From contig QPGO01000125.1 in NCBI GenBank assembly GCA_008632985.1, positions 186,001 through 246,442 on the forward strand: a stretch of DNA of 60,442 bases. The letters are read 5' to 3'. The position numbers were made by a program, and so were the translations under genes. Position 1 is the first letter of the stretch. The number at the start of each line of letters is the position of its first letter. This document shows, piece by piece, positions 9,323 to 21,794 of the stretch. The DNA is from Psammoneis japonica (lineage: Eukaryota). The notes below the pieces were generated by a model. The model searched no databases. It was given only the letters and a program-made list of their open reading frames with translations, and was not told the origin of the DNA.

Positions 9323-12189
9323 TCACGAAGAAGCACAAAGCTCGGGTGGATGCTGGCTTTGATGGCCATGACTGTGATCGTGGTGTTCGTGTGAATGCTG
9401 CTGCTCCTGATTTAACTTTATTTCCAAAGCCGCATTCCATAGGTCAAACAACGCGTCGCCCTCGCAACTTCCCGTCCCAGGATTCCAGTGGAGCCTCGAC
9501 TTCTTCATTGGTACACAAGCAGGCGTCAAGCACCATTGTCACACGCTTCTGATCCAACGACTGTCCAATAATCACCAGCTCTTGTTGCCGATCGCCGTAT
9601 GGTTCGTGCCACAGCGGGAAAATGGCCTCGGCTAGACCTACGGGCCAGTCACATTTGTCAATCTCAGCCCACCACGGATTTCCGGGAAGAATCGAGTAAT
9701 GCTTGCCCGCAAACGAGAATTCCCCTTGCAGCTGGGGGCAGTTGACCAGCCACAAAAAGCCCTTGGCACGCAAGACGCCACCAAAGGGAGTTTTTTGAGC
9801 CTGCAAATCATCGAGTACTCGGCCAAGGCGTTTAGGATGAAATGGTTTGAGAGCGCGGTACGTAAAGGATGAAATGCCATACTCTTCGGTTTCGGGTGTG
9901 TGCTCTCCGATACGAGCCTCTTGCAACCATCCTTCATGACGTTCCGCTTCCGACATGGAAAAGAGACGAGTTCCCAAGACAGCTTCCAACGGCACGTTGC
10001 TAAAAGTGGATTCCACCAGCCGGGCTGTCGGATTCATTTGAGCCACCAACCGTCGTACCTCGCCCAATTCATGCGGTTGAATCAAGTCACACTTGTTCAA
10101 TACAATAACATTCGCAAATTCAATTTGATCGCACAGCAAGTGCGAAATGGTACGTTCGTCCTCGGGGTCGGACTGCCAGCCTCGTGCCCGCAACGACTCC
10201 AAGGCGTTTAATTCAGCCAAGAATTGTGAGCCATCCACGACCGTGACCATGGTATCAATCAAGGCAATGTCGCTCAGAGTCAATCCAGTCTCGTCATTGG
10301 CAAAGGTAAAGGTCTCGGCCACAGGCATGGGTTCCGATATCCCACTACTTTCAATCAACAAGTAATCAAAGGTACCCTGGTTTGCAATCTTGGTTACTTC
10401 AATCAGCAGGTCTTCTCGCAAAGTACAGCATATGCATCCGTTGGACAACTCCACGAGATGCTCTTGGCGTTGATGAATCGTCACTGCCTTTTGCTGAACC
10501 AGAGCGGCATCAATGTTGATCTCACCCATGTCATTGACCAGTATGGCTACACGGAGCCCCTGATAATTGGCTAGTATGTGGGAGAGCAAGGTGGTCTTGC
10601 CCGATCCCAAAAAACCGGAAAGGACCGTGACGGGGAGTTTTGTGAATGAGTCTTGGTCCATACTCGTGGGTTTGGTAGCGAGGGGAGGTTGTTGTTGTAG
10701 GAGGTCCTTTGGTTCTTCGTCTTCTTTCTGGTTCGCAATAACATGCTGTGATTGTGTTCCCAATGTTGACCCATAATTATCATTAGCCATCATAATTTCC
10801 TGACCAAATATACCTCCCCATTTCTGCGGCACCAACCCTACAGTGGCTGCTTGATGCAGTCCCAGAGACAGAGTGCGTAAAGCAGCCACGGATGCTGCAT
10901 CCAAGCGTCGGCACATATTGGGATAGGTATACCAATCATAGGGAGACTCGTCATCTTCCATGTCGGCATCTTCCAGAGGACCTTCGGGTGGTGGGTCCAT
11001 GGCATACAAGGGCCAGAGCGTCACCAAGACGGGCCGTCCATTGGGCGCATACACGTGGACGGGCGGGACATGAGGCATGGCTTGCACTTGGTCGGCGTCC
11101 ACTTGACAGCATTCCACAATGCTCCGAATGGCCGTTTCCAAAGACGTCTCATTGGACCGGGGAGCCACGCTGGGCAATCTCATGCCAGACCAGGCGCCTT
11201 GCAAGGAGCGGACCAACACGCAGCGGTTGCCGCGGAGAACCAATCCACCAATTTCGCGATCACAATTTTCCCAATCCATTGTGGAAATATCAATATGCGT
11301 TAAAGTATCATTGGCAATGTTTGTTGACTTGGTGACAATGGCAATTTCGGAAGTGATATCCTCACAAAGGCGTTCGCACTGTTTGGTAATGCGACTCATT
11401 TCAACCGAAACTTGCGAAACGTAGAGTGACTGACCAATCGCGTTGCTGTAGTTCTCGTCGTAGGGTGCTGAATTGGACTCGTCCTCGATGGGTTCTTGCC
11501 CAAACATTGTGTTTGGCCACAAGAGGGTACCGAGACGAGCAAAGCAAGACACCCGCGCCGATCCCTGTGGAAAGGCATGACGAAGCATGGCGAGGCGCTT
11601 TTGCATGGCCGATTCGTCTGTAAAGACCACGTGCAAGGGCAAGTTACATACTGTGACGGCAGGACCCACAAGGGACCACATTTTGAAATTTGGGTTGCCT
11701 CTGCATGTGAAGTACCAATTTGAGCAAGAGCGGAGCAAGGTCATCCGAGGCCACAAGGCTCGCGTGACGCAGAACGAGGCGTTCCAACAAACGTAAAATA
11801 GACTTGGCCAACCCCTTGTCGAGTTCGGGCTTTTGAAGTTCTTTTTGCAAGGCATCTGTTTGTTCTTCTTCGGAATGGAACATGGGCGAAAGATCCAGGA
11901 CAAACAGCGTCTTGAAAGAATGATCGGTACCGATTTCGTGACGCCGCATCAAGTCTTGCGCTTGCGCTGCAAATTCATACATGACATGACGCCGCTCTTC
12001 ATCGTCTCCATCATACTGACTCTTCCAGCTCCGGCTCTCTTTCCCACGGCTGCAGTGGAGCACGACACTGGCATTCTGGATTGCTCCATCGCCTTGACGA
12101 GGCACCTTGTACGGTCCATAGCCTCCATGGAACGCAAACACGGACGCTGTCTTCCATTCCGTTTTGTCAGCTCGTGCTTTGCGTGACAT
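9323..12189 (-). CDS. COG0523/CobW-family G3E metallochaperone GTPase fused to an N-terminal unknown domain and a NUDIX-like domain, with His-rich tail
   Basis: GFLGSGKTT, LVNDMGEINID, LSNGCICC, IESSG, NKCD, CobW_C (LRAKGFLW, YGDRQQELVIIG). ORFs 11644-12189, 9444-11903 and 9323-9529 join if one extra base is removed at 11672-74 and at 9471-73, giving tail HSHEHHDHSHGH. Confidence 0.9.
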
Positions 12190-12629
12190 TGCTGTTTGGC
12201 AGGAGGTAGCAAGGGAGAGGGTTGCTACAATATCCTTCTTGATAAGGCTTAGCGGCTGTTTGATGATCGATGTGAGAAGATTCGAAGATGTGGGAAGTGT
12301 GAGCGGTGAGCGGATGGAGTGGGGATGTTGGCGACATTTTTAGCGCCTTTTGAGCCTTTCAAAGGCTGTTTTCTGCGTGGTGCAAAGGCCTGATCATCGA
12401 ATAAATACGTAATTTGTACTTTGACCAAGCAATATGCCATGAACAAATAACAAAATACTCAGGCAGATAAAACGCGACCAAAATCAAGTCACGAATGAAA
12501 AAACCGGATCAGCCATCAGCCAGGCAGGATCGAAATTCAGCTCAAGCATCATCTCTCTTGCTGTTACATTGACATTACGTTCTACATTATTTCAAAACAA
12601 CGAATCTCATAAAAATAAGAAAACGTGTC

Positions 12630-13181
12630 ATGGGTTTGTTTGGAAAAAAGAACAAGAAGAAATCGTCGTCTCCTGACGACTCTGTTGCAACGTCTTCCAG
12701 CAGCAGCAGCCATTCCTCGATCATTCCCAAAAATCAACCGGTCGAATTGGGCACCATCAACTATGTCAACTTGACAAGCGATGGTCGTCATGGTGACATG
12801 GATATTGCTTTGCAAGTGGCACGTGAAACTGGCAAGCCCATTTTTGCCAATTTTGTTGAGTGGTCGGGATGAGCCGGATGCAAGGACGCGGGTTTGATTT
12901 TTGCCGATCCAAACGTCAAGCGAGCGGCTGAGGAGTTGTTTGTTCCGTGTGCCTTCAACACGTGGGATCGTAATCACGCATTGCGAAAAAAGCCCATGGA
13001 ACGGTGGGGTGGTGGACTGGCCAACTCGTGATGGGGGTACCTTCGAATCATTGATTCGGAGGGCAAACAAATCGTGACGGGTACAAGGCAATTGACAAGC
13101 CGAGCGGGTCTAAAGCAAGTCAAGGCAGTCATGAGAGAGGGACTGGAAGATTTGGGCATTGATGTGCCTGACTACTTGTAA
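12630..13181 (+). CDS. Thioredoxin-like selenoprotein (VPGUxxT-family-like), 183 aa, in-frame UGA at 12870 and 13029
   Basis: Read-through gives QPVELG...GKPIFANFVEWSG-U-AGC-KD...EELFVPCAFN...NS-U-WGYLRIIDSEGK...GIDVPDYL-TAA; UxxC at the redox site; SECIS in the 3' UTR. Confidence 0.88.
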
Positions 13182-13215
13182 AATTCAGCGTATGTAGTAT
13201 TCTCTCCAAAGTCAT

Positions 13216-13318
13216 GCATGTGAATTGACGCAGAATGACGTGGTTCGAGTAGCAGTGGAAACTACTTCTGTTGTCATAACCGCTGCTTCGAATCATTGAC
13301 CTAGCGGCAATTTTGTGC
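13216..13318 (+). promoter_or_regulatory. SECIS element
   Basis: Helix I GAATTGACGC/GCGGCAATTT; core ATGAC (13235-39)/TGAC (13297-300); helix II GTGGTTCGA-gt-AGCAGTGG / CCGCTGCT-TCGAATCAT; apical AAA 13259-61. Confidence 0.8.
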
Positions 13319-13475
13319 AAGAGTAAAGAGGGAGCAATTCATAGGCTAGGGAGTTCGAGAAAGCAAGGAATGACCTGGTTCAGGACACAGAGATTTCTCG
13401 TTTCTCTGCAAATGAGTCGGCGACGCGTTCTTCTCGGAAAGTAAACTACTCTAGCAACAATGACAAATAACATCT

Positions 13476-15699
13476 CTACAATAACATCACAGATGATATT
13501 TTCATAAAAGAATTCGGTGGATGAATTTGCATCGTCAGAGTATATTGTCCATTGGCATTTGCCTTCCACGAGTACCCATCCTTTCCTTTTAGCAAAACAC
13601 AATTGTTCACGTTTGTTGCTTCTGTCACGGGCTCGCCATTCACCGACATTGTTACATTTCCATCATTCACATGATCCCATGTCATTGTGCCCTGCGCGCA
13701 TCTGCCCCAGGGACACGTCACCAGAGCCATTACAATGTATCCGTCAAACTCATGATTCTCCCCTAGATACACCTCTTTTTCAGCTTGGTTTGGTATTGTC
13801 AACGACGCCACGCCACTGTCGGTTTGAACAAAGAACCAATCCTTAAAGTCAATACGGTCTGTTCTCGGACAACTCTTGATCCGGTCGTGCTCGCCTCCGT
13901 CAATGGCTAGGCGCCACGTTCCATTGACTGCGGGTTGCTTAAAATCGGTTCCCTCCTCGAAATGGTCATACGACGACGTGTCACGAGTATCCGTCATGAT
14001 TCCCAAATACCGTGTAGTGGATGGCAGAATTGCTGTATGACACATGGCGCGGCTGCGATACAAGATATTGGTATCGATTTGCTCCACCTTGTCTGCAGCA
14101 ATCATATCGGGGTCCACTGTTGTAATGCTGGCGTTGAAGAAGAGCGCGTAGTCCTCGTCTTCCTGCGCTTGCAGAGTATCGAACATGGATTGCGGAGATT
14201 GTGTATCGTCCTTTTCAAATAAAGTTGCAAGCGTTTCCAACGCTTCCAGTAGTGAATCAATCAAGAACACTGCCATTAGATTTCCAGTCAAGGCGTGTGA
14301 TTTCCTATGTCAGCAAAGAGGACACAATGACAAATAAGAGTTGTGCGGTTTACATATACCTGGTAGGGAGAAGACACTAGTCAATAGCGAACTCACCACC
14401 CAGGATGCCACCCTACGCGGCCTTTAATCACGCATTTGGTTGGCGTAAACTTGTTGGCGTTGCAAGTCGGATCGCCCTTTTCGAGTTCGTTTCCACACCG
14501 AAAGTGCCGCACATATTCTGGAAGGGCTTCCATTTCCTCCGCACTCGCAATGGTCTGCATATCGGGGAGTGCTTCTTTGAGGTTTCTGTCTTGAAACAAA
14601 TCAACCCGTTGCGCCAGCCCTGCAAGTCCCAAGTCTTGCAACTTTGTCAATTCCTGCAGTCGCCCTCCGGACTGTCGTCCACCAAAGACACCAAGGTCAA
14701 AAATTGCAGGACGGTTCCGATGCATCCCAATGCGATGTCCATAAAGGTTCTTTCTCCAGAACCCTCGTCCATCCGTCATTCCTGAACAATGAGTGACAGT
14801 AAAAGAAAATCATGATAATGTGAGTAACGAATCAGAATCTCCAGCCACATACATCACAGATGCATGTTGTAATTTGAAATAGCAAGAAGAAAAGCAATAA
14901 GCAAAATCGCAACAAACAATAGAAGCTTACCAAAGTCCCATGAAATGACATCGGCATCCAAACCATAGACTGCTTCATTACACAAGGCCAGTTCGGGTGC
15001 CGAAACCATGCCGCCCATTGCATGATTTCTTCCCTCCAGGTCAATACCGATTTGGGCAAAGACCTGTTTGGCTGTTTGTTCCATAACGGCTGTATACGAT
15101 TCATCATGATAATTGCCATGTCCAGCCGATGCCGAATGACCACCCGTAGCCCATACAAAGCGAATCGGTAATGCCTGTTTTTGGAGATTGCGTTGATTTT
15201 GCCCTGAGGACTGGCAATTGCAGTGCTGGTATTGCAGCTGAACGTTGAGAATCTTGAGCATGAGTTTACGGAGAAAACGCGTTCTCGAAATGTCTTCTTT
15301 GCCCGGAGTGTAGTTGGGAGCCGTGAATACTTTCTTTCCAATCGACTCTCCATGTTCATCTAGAAATAGCTTTTTAAAATACTCCGTTCCATATTTCTGT
15401 TCGAGGTCCTCTCTCACTTTTTCTTTTGCTTTCGTTGCACGCTCCATCAAGCGATTCAAATCGTCATTGCTTTCAAACACAGGATCGAGCGATGGACATA
15501 TCGTTGCCATACAGGTATCTTTGTCATGAATAATAATGTTTGCTTTTGTCGAAACCTCTTGCGCATCAAACTTTGTTTCCTCCGACCCCAACAAGAGGAG
15601 TCCCATGAAAGAGGCTCCGGCAAGACCAAACACCCATGCGAACCATTGAATAAAACCTCGTGACCGATTAGTATTCTCTTTCATAACAGATGATGACAT
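13476..15699 (-). CDS. SGNH-hydrolase-like type II membrane protein, paralog A (introns 14782-14930, 14305-14396)
   Basis: N-terminal TM helix; GGHSASAGHGN, RNHAMGG, SWDFGMTD, WHPGWK; GT-AG introns restore the frame. Confidence 0.8.
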
Positions 15700-16154
15700 G
15701 CAAAGTGCAATATCAAGCGATAATAATGTGAACGGCGGCGCAAAAGAAGAAAGAAGGAATGCGGTAAATATTTGCAGTGCGAGGCGAGACTTCATGTAAA
15801 TTCCAATTTTTCTAACCGATGGGTGTCCGGTCTGTATCGCAAATAGAGAAGAACTACTTATTGCCTTAACGGTTAGATCCTACCATAGAAATTTTAAAAA
15901 TGATGTTCATGAATATAACTAATGACTTTATATAATAATTAATGTATATATTAAGTGTAAATAACTTTACTCCAACATGTATAAAGTTAATCTTTTTGGT
16001 GCAAAACAGCGCATTTTTTGGCATTTTTAATTTTTTTGAAAACACCGCAAGCGAGCGCAGAGATGCGACTTTGGCACTTGCTTGCTCTGCTGTTCAAAAA
16101 AGTGACTGCGTTGTAAACGAAAAAAGACAAGAACTGTACAACTGTATTTCCACC

Positions 16155-18402
16155 ATGGCGACGAAACGTGGCGGTACTGTTGATGATGAAGACTTGCGAC
16201 CTTTAGTGGAAGAGTCAGATGACGAAGACAACAGCAGCAGCAACGACGACGATGTTGTCGATCTCAAAATTCACGCATCGTCAATGACTCAATTCAGTGT
16301 TTCGTATTATGCTGTAGTTCCCATTCTGTTTATTGTCTTTGTGTTTGGAAGACGCTTAATGAATGTATCAGGTGTTCCATTCCTCGAGCAGAAATGTCCA
16401 TCCATGTGTGAGTCGGTCGACTTGAGTGACACGGACGTGATGCTCAAGCGTGCAACCGAGCAACGCGATGCATTGGTACAGGACTTGAAAATCAAGTATG
16501 GTGAAGAGTACTTTCCACTCTTTTTCAAAGACGAACAGGGAATATCGATTGGAAAAACAGGTTTCAAGGGAACGGGTGATGGAGATGTTTCTCGTAAACG
16601 CTATGTCCGCAAACTCATGTTGAAGCTCCTGCAAGTGCAATTGGCAAACAAAAAGGGTTTCTGCGATTGCAGTGACGAGCCATTTCCGTCCTTTGGAAAA
16701 TTTGTATGGGTCAATGGTGGTCACTCCTCTGCAGCGGGTCATGGTAATCGATTAAATGAAACTTATACGCAAATTATGGAACAATCGGCCAAGCCTATTT
16801 ACGAGGCTGTCGGATTGGACTTGATTGGACGCAATCATGCAATGGTAAGGCGTGTTTTGGCGCATATCGAAGTGAGTGCATGAACCTCTCATTCAGTTGT
16901 TTCACCAATCTACTGTACCATTTTCTATTCTCAATATACAGGGCGGCATGTCATCTTCTCCCGAATTGGCTCTCTGCCAAGAAGCAGTGTACGGGGTGGA
17001 TGCCGATTTGATCACGTGGAATTTCGGCATGACTGACGGATACGAGTTTTGGAGGCACTCCTTGTATGGGAATCGCCGTGGAGCTCATAAAAATCGTCCT
17101 CTCTTGTTGGATATCGACTTAGGGACTGGACACCCCCTAAAGCAGCGGCTCAAGGTGATGAAAGAATTGGAGGAATCCGGATTGGCCACCATGTATATGA
17201 ATGTGAGTTACTTTTATGCTCCGACAGATTCTATGCCTGACATGCAAAACAAAACGACAGAGGAGGAAATCAATAGTGTTCCCGAGTATTTGAGGCACTT
17301 TAGATGTGGCGAAGGTCTCGAGAAGGGTGAACCCCTTTGCGACAAGATGAAATATACAGATGAATGCGCTCCAAAAAAGGCTCCGTGGCATCCCGGGTGG
17401 TGAGTGCACAGTACAGTGATGGGTATAGCTAGCTGAGCTACTATCGTTGTTGCCTTGTCCAACCCGTTTGGTTTTTATGATTTCTATTGTGTCTGCAGGA
17501 AGGCGAATGCTTTGAATGGCAACATTCTGGCGATATTCATGGTCGACTTGCTTCTCGAGGCATTGGAGGAACTTGGCCGCCACGGGGAAAAGGACAAACA
17601 GGCGCACTTTGACCTGCTAAAGGAGGCCGAAGACAAGGACTATGAGAACTTCTTTGGCTCAGATTATCCCTCCCAACAATTCATTGACAACTTTTGGAAC
17701 GCTACAGTTATCGACCAGGATCCCAACCCTGTCTTTCGAGACCCCCTTCTTTGCCACACTGCTCTCCTTCCAGCCGAAACGAGATACAGAGGCATCCTTA
17801 CGGAATCCACCGAGTGGTCAAGCTTTGAACATCATGATTTTGGTATCGAGAGAAAACAAGCGAACGAGCTCGATCCTTCGGACAAGAGTGAAATGGAACT
17901 CGTTTTTGACGACAAGGTGGAGTGTCCGATTCCCGTTGCCAAAATCGATTACAAGGACTACTTCTTCACAACCTCTAAAAGCGGAAAGACGTCTCTGACA
18001 TTTCCCAACAAGGCCGAAAAGGAGGCATATGTCCCCGAAGGGCACGAATTTCGTGGAATGCTTGTGGTTTGCTTTGTAAAGGTCTGTCATCCTTATTTAT
18101 TGCCAACCAGGTACATTGTTCAATAGGCTTCTCACAACTCGAACACGTTTCTTGGTTTACAGTGTGATTGGGGCCGCTGTCCACAAGGAAACATGAATCA
18201 TGAGCACGTGAACGGCGGTAATGCAACTTTGCTTGTCAACGGGAAGCGAGTCGAGTCCATGGTTCCAATCGACGATTGCTCCTTGTTGAAAGGCAAGCAG
18301 GGTTTCATTTGGAAGGCGGATGAAAGTGGGGAATTTAAATTGACTGCCGAAATCCATTCACCAGATAGTTACATGCGTATCACATCCGTGATTTTGGTGT
18401 AG
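16155..18402 (+). CDS. SGNH-hydrolase-like type II membrane protein, paralog B (introns 16845-16941, 17400-17498, 18082-18162)
   Basis: Same motifs as paralog A (GGHSSAAGHGN, TWNFGMTD, WHPGW, DYKDYF); splice sites join four ORFs in frame. Confidence 0.82.
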
Positions 18403-18900
18403 TTTTACATTATTTTAGTCCAAGAAATGTCCCGACGTTCGCGTGAGCATTCTCTGTGATCTTGTTTCAACCTACTGTACCTCATCTTCATACCCGACAC
18501 ACTGACTCGAGCACGACCTCCAAGAAATGAAAAGTGACATCATGGAATGCATCCGCTGTCGACAACAGCATGATAAAAAATAACAACGCTCCAACGTTGT
18601 GGATGTTGGAACGTCGCTCGATTTTGTGAGCTCCCAGACGACAGGAGATCATTATAAACCTTCAGCACCGTATACTTCGTAATTCTTTATCGTTTTAATA
18701 TATATTTTTAGCTCTGCATAGTACGTAGAAATCCAACGCTCAACGCCCGCCATTTTTTCTGCTGGAAGAGGCAAATGCGATTAGAACATGCGATGCGAGA
18801 TATTACTGTAGACTCTCTATCTCTACAGAGGGCCTATGACGGGAGAACCACCGTATAACAGACTCAGCCGAATCACTCGACAACCGATCAAGTACTAAAG

Positions 18901-21030
18901 ATGGGCGCTATCAACATCAAGACAAAATCCATAGCTTTGCTCATTGCAGTGTCGGTGTTGTTTCATAGCCTGATGTTCAATACGTTCATCGCGCCAGTGC
19001 TTCGATACCGTCCAATTTCTTATTCACAGAATCACAAAGAAGCTAGTTCGCAAAGAGATAAGAACAATACTCTTTCAGACACACAAATCATGCTGCAATC
19101 GGTCGAACGAGAGCGTGACAAACTCGTTGCTCGATTGAAAGTAGATTACGGAGAGGAGTACTACAATGGCCTTTTCTTTGATGAAAACGGAACGTCGATT
19201 GGACGTGCAGCGTTTCACAGTCCTAATAGATCATCGGATATTTCCAGACAGCGTTACATACGCAAGATGATGATGAAGGTTTTGAGAGTGCAGCTGACGG
19301 CTCAACAGGACGCAACAGGTAAAATGTCAGATTGTCCATCTTGCGACGGAGATGCAGGTTCAACTTTACCTGATGGCGACAAGGTCCTGTCGGGACCAAT
19401 TGAGACATTTGTATGGGTCAATGGAGGTCACTCAACAGCTGCAGCGCACGGGAATTTGTTTAGTGAGTCGTACACAGCTGTCCTCGTGAACGCCGTCCAA
19501 AACGCATATGCCACTGTGGGCATCAACTTCGTAGGCCGAAATTATGCAATGGGAGGAATGCAATCTGCACCAGAGATAGCTCTTTGTAATGAAGCGATCT
19601 TTGGCATGGACGCTGATCTCATTACTTGGAACTTTGGACTTACGGATGGAACCAAATGGAGCAAAACCTTACTGTATGGCCATCGAAGGGGTGTGCACCG
19701 AAATAGACCTCTCCTCCTAGACCTTGACTTGGGCACATCCTATGGAGATGTTCAGATATCCTCACCTTCCTCGGATGCTGTGACTGGGAGCAATGTGAGA
19801 CTTAAGATGTTGCAAGATTTGGAAGAGGACGGCCTTGCCACAATGTATATGTCTCTCAATCCTCTGAACGACCCACGCGTAAAGCAAGTTATACCTGACA
19901 TGCAAACTATTACGAATGAAACGGAGATGAATGAGGTCCCAGAGTATCTTCGATACTTCAGGTGTGGTGATCGTCTTGAGAATGGAGATCCATTCTGCGG
20001 CGACAACAAGTATTCGAATAAGTGCACACGAATGAAGGCAGGGTGGCATCCTGGTTGGTGAGCATGCGTTCACTTTTCGCTTTCGTCCGTTCGTTCCATT
20101 TTTGACAAGCCCAAATTTGATTTTTCATAATGATCGTTACGCTCACACCGCAAGGTATGTTTATTCGTCTTCTTAAACGCATTCCAGGAAGGTCCATGCA
20201 CTGCAGGGAAATATGATTGCCATTTTTATGGTGGAATTACTCGTGGACGCACTGAGAACTCTGGCCGACCGCGAAACTTCTTCACTTGATAAGGCAGAGC
20301 TATTGAAGAATCTCCAACAGGAAGAAAACGATGACTACGATCGATTCCTCAGCTCAGCCACACCGTCTGAAGTCGATTTTGTCAAGGATTTGCCTGACCA
20401 GGCGGCTTTGTTTCGTAAACCTTCTTTGTGTCGCACAGCTCTGCTTCCATCGGAGAGTCGATACAAAGGTTACTCTAGGCCATCAACGCAGCAACGGAAT
20501 GAGTCATCACAATTGAGATGGGGGTCACTCGCAATCAATTCTATGAGTTGGGAGGGAGAAGGGCTACGGATCGAGATTCAATGTTGCTGGTTGCCAGCGA
20601 TAAGAAGTTTCAGTCTTGCCCTTCCAATGAGAATCCAATCGATTCAAAAGACTACTACTATGCTACTCATAACTCTGGCAATGTCACTTTGACACTGCCC
20701 AACGAGTCTGAAGAAATAGTATACATTGAGAACGGACAAGAAGAATTTCAAGGATTGGTTGTGGTCTGCTTTTTTGATTGTCGTACATTTGACAGATGTC
20801 CAAATGGCAATATTAGCCGTGATGACCTGAGCTCTCAAGGTCAAGAAGCGGCCACCATGTGGGTAAATGGCAACCTTGTCACCGAATTGACGCCCATGTC
20901 TTCCGACTGCGCGATCCTACGTGGAACACATGGCCACAACTGGAAACCAAAGGATGGCAAATACGAATTGACCGTTCAAGTCAACAAACAGATTGGCTCA
21001 ATTCGTATCACATCTATGATTCTGATTTAA
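18901..21030 (+). CDS. SGNH-hydrolase-like type II membrane protein, paralog C (intron 20058-20187; probable missing T at ~20513)
   Basis: GGHSTAAAHGN, RNYAMGG, TWNFGLTD, WHPGW, DSKDYY; C-terminus RITSMILI matches the paralogs. Confidence 0.8.
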
Positions 21031-21794
21031 GTCTATTGAGCTTATTTGGTGTCTTTTAAGAGTATTCTGCGCCGCGACTGATTGAACAATACGGGCGCCT
21101 CCCTAAACTTTTAGGCTGTTCAGCCAGCGTGGCCGACTCTCGCAGTCTCCGTCTCAACGGGAATTCACCTCTGACATTACTGTGATGTCTGTTTCATCAT
21201 GGAGATGACAACTTTTCAGGGACTGACTATCAGGAACTGAGTCTAGATATCTCTGTACTATATGACAGCAAGACTTTGTCCCTCGAGTCTCCATTTGAGA
21301 GCAAGTTCTTGCCCTTTTTCCAAGATTGATGGCTTTTGCGCATCATGGGCTCTAGGGATCAACAGGCTACCTGGGTATGGTAGCTACTCTCTAGCTAGAA
21401 AGGGCTAGCTAGAGTTAGTTAGCTCGAGTGTTCTACCGGTACCTCTATCTACATTTTTCTCTGTCTAATCTCTAGAGAGAGTGGTCGGTAGCTCTACTCT
21501 AGTAGCGAAATGCTTGCTTGCTAGAATTTGCTCAGAACAGCACACACGCCGGATCTGATCGAACACGACGCACGTGCTTGAGCTCGCTAATATCGCGCGC
21601 GGAAATCACATGGCTGACGTCAGCTCGGCGGCAAGTTTCTCACGCAGGGCATTCGAATTCTGAGTTTATTCTGAGCGCGTTTGCGGGGCCATCGCTCGAT
21701 GACACAGAAAGAAGAGGAAAGAAATACAGCGTCGCTTGTCACTCGTAATTCATACGCTGTGAAACTATAGAGAGACTGAATTGGTTTAAGGACA

